The position numbers and the translations under genes are program-made. Of a stretch of DNA of 64,000 nucleotides, positions 1 through 9,118 are shown piece by piece. Each line of letters begins with the position of its first letter. Within the stretch, counting starts at the first letter, position 1. This stretch comes from Phycisphaerales bacterium (GTDB lineage: Bacteria > Planctomycetota > Phycisphaerae > Phycisphaerales > UBA1924). The stretch is taken from assembly GCA_965227775.1 (NCBI GenBank), contig OZ245777.1, forward strand, positions 864,001-928,000, read 5' to 3'. The notes under the pieces are model-generated. The model saw only the letters and a program-made list of their open reading frames with translations, was not told the origin of the DNA and ran no database searches.

Positions 1-1440
1 CGTGATCGCATCTACCCGATCGTCGAGCGGCCCAGCGACCTGGACCTGATCATCCGCATCGCGCGCGAGCACGACGTCACCCCCCGCATCGGCGTGCGCA
101 TCAAGCCCAGCGCCAAGGGCATGGGCCGCTGGCAGGGCTCGGCCGGGGAGGCGGCCAAGTTTGGCCTCACCGCCGCGCAGCTCGTTGAGGGCCTCGACAA
201 GCTCCGCGACGCGAACATGCTCGACTGCCTGCAGGTTGTGCACTTCCACATCGGCAGCCAGGTGTGCGACATCATCAGCTTCAAGGCCGCCATCACCGAG
301 CTCGCGTGGACCTACGCCGAGCTGCGCCGAATGGGCGCGGGCGTAACGCACATCAACGTCGGTGGCGGGCTGGGTGTCGACTATGACGGCAGCGGCAGCG
401 CGACCGACAGCAGCGTGAACTACGACCTGCGCGAGTACGCCGCCGACATCGTGTACCGCATCAAGGTCGTGTGCGACGAGGCCGATCAACCCCACCCGAG
501 CATCTTCAGCGAGAGCGGCCGCGCCATGGTCGCCCACGGCAGCATGCTCGTCGTCGACGTGCTCGCCTCGAGTGGCCTGCCCGCCCCCGTTGATGTCAAG
601 GGCCTCCGCGCGCAGCTCGACACGCTGGACGAGGCACCGCGCCCGGTCGTCGAACTGCTGAACACATACGAAGGGATGGAAGATGGTCGCATCGGCGAGT
701 TGAGCCACGACGCACTGGCCGCTCGGGACGAAGCGATCGCGCTGTTCCAATACGGTCGCCTGAGCCTGGACATGCGCGCCACCGCCGAGCGGCTGTTCAA
801 GGCCATCGCCGCCGGCCTGCTCGCAAGGCCCGACGCCGTCGACGAGGACGAGATCCTGATCGAAGACGTGCGCCCACTGGCCGGCGTGGTACGCGAGACG
901 TTCTTCTGCAACTTCAGCCTGTTCCAATCGATGCCCGACGCGTGGGCCATCGACCAGCTCTTCCCCATCGCGCCCCTGCGTCGCCTCAATGAAAGGCCGA
1001 CACGCCGCGGCATCCTGGCGGACATGACCTGCGATAGCGACGGTGCCATCAAGCGCTTCCCCGCGACCGATGGCGGGCCATACGACGATGCGTTGATGCT
1101 GCACGACATCAAGGACGACGAGCACTACGAGATCGGTATCTTCCTCGTCGGCGCCTACCAGGAAGTGCTCGGAGACCTGCACAACCTGTTCGGAGACACC
1201 CACGCCGTGCACATCGAGCTCGATGACGACCAAGACTCGTGGGCGATCGCCGAAGTCGTCGAAGGCGACACCGTCAAGGATGTGCTGGGCTACCTGCAGT
1301 ACGACGGTAACGAACTCCGCCGCGCGATGCGCAAGGACGTCGAGAAAGCCGTCCGCACGGGCACGCTCTCCGTCGCCGATGGCGCCGCGCTCATGCGGTA
1401 CTACGAGCACGGCCTGGCCGGCTACACCTATCTCGAATAG
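1..1440 (+). CDS. speA: Biosynthetic arginine decarboxylase (5' truncated by window edge)
   Basis: Frame 1 is open from base 1. Motifs AKFGL, HFHIGSQ, NVGGGLGVDY, SESGRA, FSLFQSMPDAWAIDQLFPI, DMTCDSDG, GAYQEVLGDLHNLFG. Confidence 0.95.
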   Translation, partial: RDRIYPIVERPSDLDLIIRIAREHDVTPRIGVRIKPSAKGMGRWQGSAGEAAKFGLTAAQLVEGLDKLRDANMLDCLQVVHFHIGSQVCDIISFKAAITELAWTYAELRRMGAGVTHINVGGGLGVDYDGSGSATDSSVNYDLREYAADIVYRIKVVCDEADQPHPSIFSESGRAMVAHGSMLVVDVLASSGLPAPVDVKGLRAQLDTLDEAPRPVVELLNTYEGMEDGRIGELSHDALAARDEAIALFQYGRLSLDMRATAERLFKAIAAGLLARPDAVDEDEILIEDVRPLAGVVRETFFCNFSLFQSMPDAWAIDQLFPIAPLRRLNERPTRRGILADMTCDSDGAIKRFPATDGGPYDDALMLHDIKDDEHYEIGIFLVGAYQEVLGDLHNLFGDTHAVHIELDDDQDSWAIAEVVEGDTVKDVLGYLQYDGNELRRAMRKDVEKAVRTGTLSVADGAALMRYYEHGLAGYTYLE

Positions 1441-1455
1441 GAGCCTCGAATAGCC

Positions 1456-2343
1456 GTGCGAGAGCGAGAACTGCTCCAACGCATCGCCAACCGATCGTCA
1501 GACCTGCACGCGAGCTTCGGCCACGTGCTCGTCGGCCCAGGCGACGACTGCGCCGTCATCGCCGCCGAGCCGCACCCGCTGCTGCTCACGACCGACCACC
1601 TCGTGCAGCACCGCCACTTCGACGACGACCTCCCGCTCGAGCTCGTCGCGCGCAAGGCGATCCTGCGTTCGGCCAGTGACATCGCTGCCATGGCCGGCAC
1701 GCCCGCTTGGGCGCTCGCGACCGCCCTGCTGCCCCCGGATTACGCACACGCCGACGAACTCTTCAACCACATGTCAAGGTTTGCGCGCGAGTTCGGCTGC
1801 CCGCTTGTCGGCGGAGACATCGCCAGCCTGCCGCCCGAGAGCGACGGCCCCATCTCGCTCACCGTCACCGTTGGTGGGCACGCGGCAAGGCCAGTCCTGC
1901 GCAGCGGCGCGCGCGCGGGCGACATCGTGTACGTGACCGGTGCGCTTGGCGGCTCGCTTCAAAACCAGCGACACGCGAGCACCGAGCCGCGCATCGAGCT
2001 CGCGCTGCACCTGGCCGAGCACCTGACCTCGATGATCGATGTCTCCGATGGCCTGGGCATCGACGCCGCGCGCATCGCCAAGGCCTCGAACGTGCGCATC
2101 GAGCTCGACGCAGCCACGATCCCGGTCCATCCTGACGCGGACGGCATCGAAGCCGCGCTGGCCGACGGCGAGGACTACGAGCTGCTCTTCACTGCACCCG
2201 ATGGCGCACCCATCCCCAGGGGTTTCGAGGGCACGCCCATCGCCCGAATCGGGCGCGCTGTTGCGGACGATCCAGCCGCCATCCTGATCTCGGCCGACGG
2301 CTCCCAGCGCGACGTCTCGGCCCAAGGATTCGAGCATGGCTGA
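1456..2343 (+). CDS. thiL: Thiamine-monophosphate kinase
   Basis: GPGDDCAV, SDIAAMAG, LVGGD, RSGARAGD, IDVSDGL, GEDYELLFT motifs; GTG start. Confidence 0.93.
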   Translation: MRERELLQRIANRSSDLHASFGHVLVGPGDDCAVIAAEPHPLLLTTDHLVQHRHFDDDLPLELVARKAILRSASDIAAMAGTPAWALATALLPPDYAHADELFNHMSRFAREFGCPLVGGDIASLPPESDGPISLTVTVGGHAARPVLRSGARAGDIVYVTGALGGSLQNQRHASTEPRIELALHLAEHLTSMIDVSDGLGIDAARIAKASNVRIELDAATIPVHPDADGIEAALADGEDYELLFTAPDGAPIPRGFEGTPIARIGRAVADDPAAILISADGSQRDVSAQGFEHG

Positions 2344-2965
2344 GCACACGCTCGAGACCAACTCGCCTCAACAGACCGAGGCCTGGGCCGCGACGTTCGC
2401 CACGTCGCTGGCCCCGGGCGACGTGCTCGCACTCGAGGGCGACCTGGGCGCGGGCAAGACCACGCTCGTGCGCGGCCTGGCGAAGGGCCTGGGCATCGAT
2501 CCCGCCCTCGTCTCGAGCCCCACCTTCGCGCTCATGAACGAGTACGAGGGGCAGGGCGTCACCCTCGTCCACATCGACGCGTACCGGATGACGGGCCCGG
2601 AGGAGCTCGCCGGCCTGGGGTGGGACCGCCTGCTCGAAGACGCCGATGTCATCATCGCCATCGAGTGGCCAAGCCGCGTGGCAGGGGCCCTCCCGCCGTC
2701 GCGCACGATGTCGATCGCCCTCGAGCACATCGGCGACGGCGAGCGGTCCATCACCGTCACGCCCAAGCGCGGCTGGACGACCTGCCCAAGCACCGGCAAG
2801 CGTGTGCCGCCCGACAGCCCAACCTGGCCGTTCATCGACGAGCGGGCCCAGCTGGCCGACCTGCACGGCTGGTTCGCCGGCAAGCACACGATCAGCCGCC
2901 CGGTCGATCTGGAACGCGACGACCTCTCGGATATCCCCCACGCGCCGCCCGACGAGAACGCCTAG
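2336..2965 (+). CDS. tsaE: tRNA threonylcarbamoyladenosine biosynthesis ATPase TsaE with a fused C-terminal YacG-like domain
   Basis: LEGDLGAGKTT Walker A, VSSPTF, HIDAYR, IEW. C-terminal ~60 aa CPSTGK...WPFIDERAQLADLHGWF resembles YacG. Confidence 0.92.
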   Translation: MAEHTLETNSPQQTEAWAATFATSLAPGDVLALEGDLGAGKTTLVRGLAKGLGIDPALVSSPTFALMNEYEGQGVTLVHIDAYRMTGPEELAGLGWDRLLEDADVIIAIEWPSRVAGALPPSRTMSIALEHIGDGERSITVTPKRGWTTCPSTGKRVPPDSPTWPFIDERAQLADLHGWFAGKHTISRPVDLERDDLSDIPHAPPDENA

Positions 2966-3013
2966 CACGCGGCCCACACCCGTCGCCCGCACGGGGGCCG
3001 TACCCTCCCGGCG

Positions 3014-3727
3014 ATGCACGCGAATCTCTACTTTCTCGCCCAGGCCGACGCCCCCACCGCCAGCGCGTGGTCGCTGTTCGTCCAGTCGATCGACATCTTC
3101 ACGATCATCCTCGTCGCGGGCTCCATCGCCGGCGTGGCGCTGCTCGTGCAGTGCATCCTCGAGATCCGCAAGGACAACCTGCTGCCCGAGAGCGAGCTCG
3201 AACGGCTCGACACGCTCACGGCCTCGAAGTCGCGCTCAGAGCTGGTTAGCTACCTGCGCACGAGAGCGTCCTTCCCAGCCCTCGTGCTCAAGAGCATGCT
3301 GAGCGCCGAAGACTCGGCAGGGCATGCAAACCTGAGCAGCGCCGGCGCCCGCGAGGCCGCCCAGCTCGAGGCCGACGCGCAGTGCGCCCGCTGGCTGCGA
3401 CGCATCGAGCCGCTGGCAACCATCGGCAACCTTGCGCCGCTTGTGGGCCTGGCCGGCACGGTCTGGGGCATGATCCTGGCGTTCACCACCATCGGGGCCG
3501 AGGGCGGCGCCGCGGGCCCGGCGCAGCTCTCGCTTGGCATCAGCAAGGCGCTGTTTCACACGCTGCTGGGCCTGTGCCTCGCCGTACCCGCGCTCGTCGC
3601 ATACAGCGTGCTCCGCGCGCGCGTCGATCGCCTGTGCGACCAGGCCACGAGCGCCACCACGCCGCTCGTCGAGCGCGTCGCGCGCCGCATCGGCGATCAC
3701 GAACAGCCTGACGGATCCGAGGCATGA
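3014..3727 (+). CDS. MotA/TolQ/ExbB proton channel family protein
   Basis: LATIGNLAPLVGLAGTVWGMILAF and GISKALFHTLLGL...VPA motifs; three TM segments. Confidence 0.9.
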   Translation: MHANLYFLAQADAPTASAWSLFVQSIDIFTIILVAGSIAGVALLVQCILEIRKDNLLPESELERLDTLTASKSRSELVSYLRTRASFPALVLKSMLSAEDSAGHANLSSAGAREAAQLEADAQCARWLRRIEPLATIGNLAPLVGLAGTVWGMILAFTTIGAEGGAAGPAQLSLGISKALFHTLLGLCLAVPALVAYSVLRARVDRLCDQATSATTPLVERVARRIGDHEQPDGSEA

Positions 3728-4146
3728 GGCGCCGCCGGCCGACCAGCAACGGCGCGAGCCACCCCAACCTCACGCCCATGATCGACGTGGTCATGTGCCT
3801 GATCGTCTTCTACCTGCTGGTGGGCCAGCTCGCCAGCGACCAGCGCAGCGACCTCACGCTCCCGCGCTCGGGCACGGGCGACGAGGCCCAGGAAGCGCAA
3901 GCCGCGTTCGTGAATGTCCGCCTCGACGACGACCGCCTCGCGCTCGACGTCGACGGCGCGCCCGTGCCCATCACGCAGCTCGGCCGCGCCGTGCGCGCCG
4001 CCCCTTCGGTGCACCTGCGCGCCGATGCGGCGCTGCCCTACGAACGATTATCACCGGTGCTGAGCGAGCTTCGGCGCGCAGGCGTGCGCTCCGTTCGCGT
4101 CGCGACCGAGCAGACCACCATCGCACCCTTCGCGGGCGGGTCCTGA
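3724..4146 (+). CDS. ExbD/TolR family biopolymer transporter
   Basis: NLTPMIDVVMCLIVFYLL TM motif, LRAD motif; ATGA overlap with the exbB-like gene. Confidence 0.88.
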   Translation: MRRRRPTSNGASHPNLTPMIDVVMCLIVFYLLVGQLASDQRSDLTLPRSGTGDEAQEAQAAFVNVRLDDDRLALDVDGAPVPITQLGRAVRAAPSVHLRADAALPYERLSPVLSELRRAGVRSVRVATEQTTIAPFAGGS

Positions 4147-4149
4147 CCC

Positions 4150-4587
4150 ATGCGGCGCGCACGAGATCCCAAGCACGTATACGGCCCGAACCTCGCGCCC
4201 ATGGTCGACGTGGTGCTCGTCATCCTCATCTTCTTCATGGCGTCCATCGTGTTCGTCGGGCCCGAGTGGTTCCTGCCCGCGGCTATCCCGGGCCAACGTA
4301 CGCAAGCCGAGCCCGAAGAGCTCGATCCCTTCGCACTGCCCGATCCAACGCTCAACGTGCGTGTCGAGCTGCTCGACGAGAACCCGATCGTCGTCGGCCT
4401 CGGCCCCAGCCGCGTCGCGCTCGCAGAGCTCGAGCCGTACGCGCAAGCCCAGTTCACCGGGCTCGATCCGGCGACCATCAAGGTCCGTCTGGGCGCCGGC
4501 ACCGGCGTCGTCTGGCAGCACGTCGTGACAGCCCAGGACGTGCTGACACGCGTGGGCGTCCGCCAGATCGCGCTGGATACGCCCTAG
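4150..4587 (+). CDS. Second ExbD/TolR family protein
   Basis: NLAPMVDVVLVILIFFM motif. Confidence 0.85.
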   Translation: MRRARDPKHVYGPNLAPMVDVVLVILIFFMASIVFVGPEWFLPAAIPGQRTQAEPEELDPFALPDPTLNVRVELLDENPIVVGLGPSRVALAELEPYAQAQFTGLDPATIKVRLGAGTGVVWQHVVTAQDVLTRVGVRQIALDTP

Positions 4588-5960
4588 CTCGCGAGCACCG
4601 CGGTTGCCACGCCCAGGTAGATCAAGATCCCGCTGATATCCATCAGCGTCGCAACCAATGGGCTGCTGATCGTCGCGGGGTCGAGCTTCAATTTTTCGAG
4701 CAGCAGCGGCAGCAGCCCGCCGAGCATCGCCGCCCACGTCACGATGCCAACGACCGCCAGGCCGACGGCAAGGCCCACGCGCATCGGCTGGTCCGTGCTC
4801 GCAAGGCCGACCCCGTCGACGAGCAGCACGATGCCCACGCCCATGACGCCCAGCGCGAGCCCGAGGATCGATCCCGTGACCAGCTCCTTGCGCGCAACGC
4901 GCTGCCAGTCTCGCGGCGCAACCTCGCGAAGCGACACCGCACGGATAAGCAGGCTCGCCGCTTGCGTACCCGTGTTCCCGCCGCACGAGATCATCAGTGG
5001 AACGAGCATCGCCAATATCAGGTGCGTCTCGAGCGCACCCTCGAAGCGCCCGAGGATGGCGATCGTGAACACCTGCACCACGAACAGGATCGCCAGCGCG
5101 ATGCCGCGCTTGCGGAGCATCGAGAGCAGCGTCGTCTTGATGTACGGATCGTCGAGCGCTTCCATACCACCGAGCAGCTGGATGTCCTCGGTCGCCTCTT
5201 CCTCGACCACGTCGGCCACGTCGTCGATCGTCACGATGCCCAGCAGCACGCCCTTGCTGTCGACCACCGGCAGCACGGTGCGGTCGTAGTCGAGCATCGC
5301 TCGCGCCGCCTGCTCCTGGTCGTCGGTCGCGCTTAGCGCCTGGTACGCGTCGTCCATGATGTCGCGCACGGTCTCATTCGGCTCGGCCAGCAGGATCGAC
5401 CGGATGTGCAGGTCGTCGATCAGCACACCTCGCGGATCGATTACGTACACCCAGTGCACCGTCTCCGCGTCGCGCCCGTACCGCCGGATGTGCTCGAGCG
5501 CCTGCGCGATGATCCACTCGGGCCGCAGCCGCACGTAGTCGGGCGTCATCAGTCGGCCTACCGACTCTTCTGGATACCCGAGGATCTGCTGGGTGGCCCT
5601 GCGATCTTCGGGCCTGAGCTGATTGATCAGCCGCTTGGCCGCATCGGTGGGCATCTCGTCGAGCAGCGCCGCACGGTCATCGGGGTCCATGGCCTGCAGC
5701 ATTGTGCGGGCCGACCGATCGCCGAGGGCCTCGATGATCGCCTGCTGGCGATCGCTTGTGAGGTCGGCAAACGCCTCGCCCGCCAGCTCGCGCGGCAGCA
5801 ACCGGAAGGCGACCGCCGCCTCGGCCGCATCCAGCACGTCGAGCACCGCCGCGACGTCGAACGGCGGCATGGGTGCCAGCGCCTCGCGCAGCTCCCGATA
5901 GCGCTTGGCCTCGATCAGTTCCCGGACCTCGACGTTCAGCAGCTCGGCGGTGGGGTTCAT
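4584..5960 (-). CDS. mgtE: Magnesium transporter MgtE
   Basis: MgtE N-domain, CBS pair (GRLMTPDY, GIVTIDD), GGNTGTQA and DPATISSPLVATLMD. Start taken at MNPTAE (5960). Confidence 0.95.
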   Translation of the reverse strand: MNPTAELLNVEVRELIEAKRYRELREALAPMPPFDVAAVLDVLDAAEAAVAFRLLPRELAGEAFADLTSDRQQAIIEALGDRSARTMLQAMDPDDRAALLDEMPTDAAKRLINQLRPEDRRATQQILGYPEESVGRLMTPDYVRLRPEWIIAQALEHIRRYGRDAETVHWVYVIDPRGVLIDDLHIRSILLAEPNETVRDIMDDAYQALSATDDQEQAARAMLDYDRTVLPVVDSKGVLLGIVTIDDVADVVEEEATEDIQLLGGMEALDDPYIKTTLLSMLRKRGIALAILFVVQVFTIAILGRFEGALETHLILAMLVPLMISCGGNTGTQAASLLIRAVSLREVAPRDWQRVARKELVTGSILGLALGVMGVGIVLLVDGVGLASTDQPMRVGLAVGLAVVGIVTWAAMLGGLLPLLLEKLKLDPATISSPLVATLMDISGILIYLGVATAVLAS

Positions 5961-6205
5961 CGCCGCAATGGGAGCCTGCCGACGGACCGAATGCAACCGC
6001 GCCGACCATGAAGATCCGTGGAAACGCCCGCGCGATTCGAGGGCCTATCCTCTCCGCCCACGCATCCGCCGCGTGGTGGCGTGCGGATCGGCCCCGTGCC
6101 GAGGCTCCCCGTCGGGGGCCAAATCGTGGTATCATCCGGGCCCGAGGGCTACCCCGAATGGGGCCCGATCGGTTCTGCCCCGTCCCAACGCTGGAGCGAA
6201 GCGCC

Positions 6206-7024
6206 ATGGCCAAGCTGTTCTACTCGATGGAAGAGACCTGCCAGAAGCTCAACAAGAGCGAGGAAGAGGTCCTGGAGCTCGTCGAATCCAATCGCCTGAG
6301 CAAATTCGTCGACGGCGACAAGCTCATCTTCAAGGTAGATCAGGTCGACCTGCTCGCCGACGGAGACTCGGAGGGCGAGGACGACGACCTGCCCGGCTTC
6401 GCAGACGATTCGGGCATCGGGCTCGAGGCCGACGACTCGGCCATCGGCTTTGCCGACGATGATGACGGCCTCGCAGCCGGAGAGCCCAAGGAGCAGACCG
6501 GCATCAGCATCTTCGACGCCGACGAGGTCGAGGAAGCCGACGCTGCCGCCCAGACCCAGATTACCTCAGCTCCCAGCTTCGGCATGGAGACGGCCGCCGA
6601 CCCCGCCGCCTCTGGCAGCGGCCTGCTGGATATGACCCGCGAGGCCGACGACACCTCGCTAGGTGCGGACCTGCTCAGCGACTTCGACATGGATAGCGAG
6701 GGCTCGACCGTCGGCGAGAACGTCGAGACCGGCGGTGGCGCGCTGTTCGAGGAGGCCGGCACCACCGCTGGCCAGCCCGCCGCGGTCGTCTACGCCGAGG
6801 AGACCCTCGAGCCCGGCTCGTCGATGGCAACGATGTTCGCCTGCTTCGGCCTGTTCCTGGTCATGTCGTTCGCCTTCGCACTGATCGTCTCGATCACCAC
6901 CGGCGCGGGCGTCATGATGGATCTCATCGGCGGGCTGAGCATCATGGTGCTCGCGGGCGCCATGGCCGGCGTGGTGATCGTCCTGGCCATCATCGGTTTC
7001 CTGGTCGGCAAGATGACGAGCTGA
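6206..7024 (+). CDS. HTH (excisionase/MerR-like) domain protein with acidic linker and two C-terminal TM helices
   Basis: N-terminus MAKLFYSMEETCQKLNKSEEEVLELVESNRLSKFVDGDKLIFKVDQV fits an HTH_17-like fold; D/E-rich middle; two hydrophobic helices at the C-terminus. Confidence 0.75.
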   Translation: MAKLFYSMEETCQKLNKSEEEVLELVESNRLSKFVDGDKLIFKVDQVDLLADGDSEGEDDDLPGFADDSGIGLEADDSAIGFADDDDGLAAGEPKEQTGISIFDADEVEEADAAAQTQITSAPSFGMETAADPAASGSGLLDMTREADDTSLGADLLSDFDMDSEGSTVGENVETGGGALFEEAGTTAGQPAAVVYAEETLEPGSSMATMFACFGLFLVMSFAFALIVSITTGAGVMMDLIGGLSIMVLAGAMAGVVIVLAIIGFLVGKMTS

Positions 7025-7051
7025 GCGACGAACCAGAGTGAGCGATCGAAG

Positions 7052-7078
7052 CGGCCCTGAATCGGGGCCGTTTTTCTT
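7052..7078 (+). terminator. Intrinsic terminator of the HTH-TM gene
   Basis: CGGCCCTG-AAT-CGGGGCCG hairpin followed by TTTTTCTT. Confidence 0.8.
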
Positions 7079-7101
7079 GCGCCAGCGCCTGTCGGAACCG
7101 C

Positions 7102-7390
7102 TGTGGACAAGTTGTTACTGGCGCTCGGCCTGCGTCTTAGGGCACCCAAGCGCCTGCGAGCAACCGAGCGCCAGCGGCGGATTGCACCCAAGGCGAGCGC
7201 CAAGCGCCAGGCAACCGCCCGGGTCGACTGTTCTGCAAATGCTTGTTAAGCAATAGCTTGCGCAGGTCGTTCCGGTAGTCTTCCACAAGACGACATGCGT
7301 AACGAATACGACGACTATTTCTTATATAGAACGGGTAGAAAGAGAGGAGGCCATCGGCCCGCCCGCCCGGGTCATGGCCATTGTGGATAA
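7102..7390. promoter_or_regulatory. Candidate replication origin (DnaA boxes, IHF-like sites, AT-rich patch)
   Basis: TGTGGACAA 7102-7110, TCTTCCACA 7279-7287 and a perfect TGTGGATAA at 7382-7390; IHF-like 13-mers at 7236-7260; AT-rich stretch ~7300-7345. Confidence 0.45.
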
Positions 7391-8269
7391 GTCGTTGGTC
7401 GTTTGGGGACGCTGGCAGGCGTCGCACCAGACGGTCGTTCGCTGGGCCAGCAGTCCGCTCGCGAGCACTCGTCCACACCGCCGGCAGGGCTCACCCGCCC
7501 GCCCATACACGGCGTGCTGGAGCTGGAACGCCCCGGCCTGGCCCTCGGCTCCCTGATAGTCCCTCAGCGTCGAGCCCCCAGCCTGCACGGCCTGGGCCAG
7601 CAATGCCACGAGCTCGTCGCCCAGGCGGACCAGCCGATCGGGCTCGATGTCGCACGCCAGTTCGCCTGGGTGGATGCCCGCCCGGTGCAGCGACTCATCG
7701 GCGTAGATGTTGCCAACGCCCGCGAGCAACCCCTGATCGAGCAGCGCCGCCTTCACAGGCCGCTTCGCAGCGGCCAGCAGGCCGGGCAGTTCGGCAGGCT
7801 CAAGCGTGAGGGCGTCCGGGCCGAGCCCGGTCCACGGCGGGAGCGCGTCGCGCTCTGCGGCCAACCACAGCCCGCCGAAGCGGCGTGGGTCTCGGAACAC
7901 CAGCCTCGAGCCGTCACCGAGCCGCCAGGTGGCGTGCACGTGATCGGTTGGCAGCCGGCCCCCCGCGCGTGCCCAGAGCAACTGCCCGGTCATGCCCAGG
8001 TGCACACCAAGAGCCCGCCCATCGACCGTCACGATCGCCAGGAACTTGCCGCGGCGATCGATCCGGACGACCTCGGCGCCCTCGAGCATCTGTGTTCTGC
8101 GTAGCCGGCAGGGGCGCACGGGCGTCCGCTGGCGGCTGAAGCCCCCGGGTGGGTCCCCGGGACCCACGGCCACGTCTCGCCGGTGCAGCGTGGCCCGGAC
8201 GACTCGCTGGCCCAGCAGCCTGGGCTCGAGCGTGCGTCTCAGGTGTTCGACCTCGGGCAACTCGGGCAC
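7322..8269 (-). CDS. mutM: Formamidopyrimidine-DNA glycosylase
   Basis: MPELPEVE N-terminus, RRGKFL, HLGMTG, DPRRFG, GVGNIYADE and the C-terminal zinc finger CRRC...CDAC. Confidence 0.97.
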   Translation of the reverse strand: MPELPEVEHLRRTLEPRLLGQRVVRATLHRRDVAVGPGDPPGGFSRQRTPVRPCRLRRTQMLEGAEVVRIDRRGKFLAIVTVDGRALGVHLGMTGQLLWARAGGRLPTDHVHATWRLGDGSRLVFRDPRRFGGLWLAAERDALPPWTGLGPDALTLEPAELPGLLAAAKRPVKAALLDQGLLAGVGNIYADESLHRAGIHPGELACDIEPDRLVRLGDELVALLAQAVQAGGSTLRDYQGAEGQAGAFQLQHAVYGRAGEPCRRCGRVLASGLLAQRTTVWCDACQRPQTTNDLSTMAMTRAGGPMASSLSTRSI

Positions 8270-8388
8270 GCCTGAAGCGTATCAGGCCGCGGGCCTGCCT
8301 CTCACCACTCCCGCGCCGTGGCGGCGGCGGGTGTACCCTCGCCTGCAATAGCCGTTGTGCCGCTCGCTGGCCCGCAAGGAACCCTCCG

Positions 8389-8982
8389 ATGGATCGTCAG
8401 GCATTCGAAGCCATGGCCCTGGAACACCTCGATTCGGTGTACCGCCTGGCGTACCACCTGACGCGCAACCCCGAGCGGGCCGACGAGCTGGTCCAGAACG
8501 TCTATCTGCGGGCCCTCAAGAGCGAGACGTGGGAGAAGTTCGAGGAGCGCGGCGGCGGCATGCGGGCCTGGCTCTTCACCATCGCCCACAACGCCTTTTA
8601 TTCGGACCTCAAGAAGCAGGGCCGCCGCCCCACCCCGGTCGGTGAGTTCTTCGAGGAGTCGGACGGCGAGCTCACGCCCGGCGATGCCGCCCCGGCGTGG
8701 GACCTTGCCAGCTTCGACTGGGAGCAGGTCGACGAGTCGCTCAAGGCGGCGATCGAGGACCTCAAGCCCGAGTTCCGCGAGATCCTGCTGCTTTGGGGCG
8801 TCGAGAACCTGAAGTACCGCGAGATCGCGGAGATCCTGGAAGTCCCTATCGGTACGGTGATGTCTCGCTTGCACCGCGCACGCAAGCTGGTGGCCGAGGC
8901 GTTAGCGTCCGATCCGTCTGTAGCAGAAAGACTTGGAATTGATCGCCTTGCCGGGGATGAATCGCCCGGCGACCGCAGTTAG
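8389..8982 (+). CDS. ECF-type sigma-70 factor
   Basis: Region 2 (ADELVQNVYLRA, AWLFTIAHNAF) and region 4 (YREIAEILEVPIGTVMSRLHRAR). Confidence 0.93.
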   Translation: MDRQAFEAMALEHLDSVYRLAYHLTRNPERADELVQNVYLRALKSETWEKFEERGGGMRAWLFTIAHNAFYSDLKKQGRRPTPVGEFFEESDGELTPGDAAPAWDLASFDWEQVDESLKAAIEDLKPEFREILLLWGVENLKYREIAEILEVPIGTVMSRLHRARKLVAEALASDPSVAERLGIDRLAGDESPGDRS

Positions 8983-9118
8983 GAAATTCGAGCGGCCGAT
9001 TTCGGTCACGACGTCAGGCATATCCCGCACGGGCTCACGCTCGCGCCAGGCCGCTCCGAATCAACTCGCACCCCTCGACCCCGGGCCGGCCCCGAGAGCG
9101 GTTTTTGGAGCGGCATCG

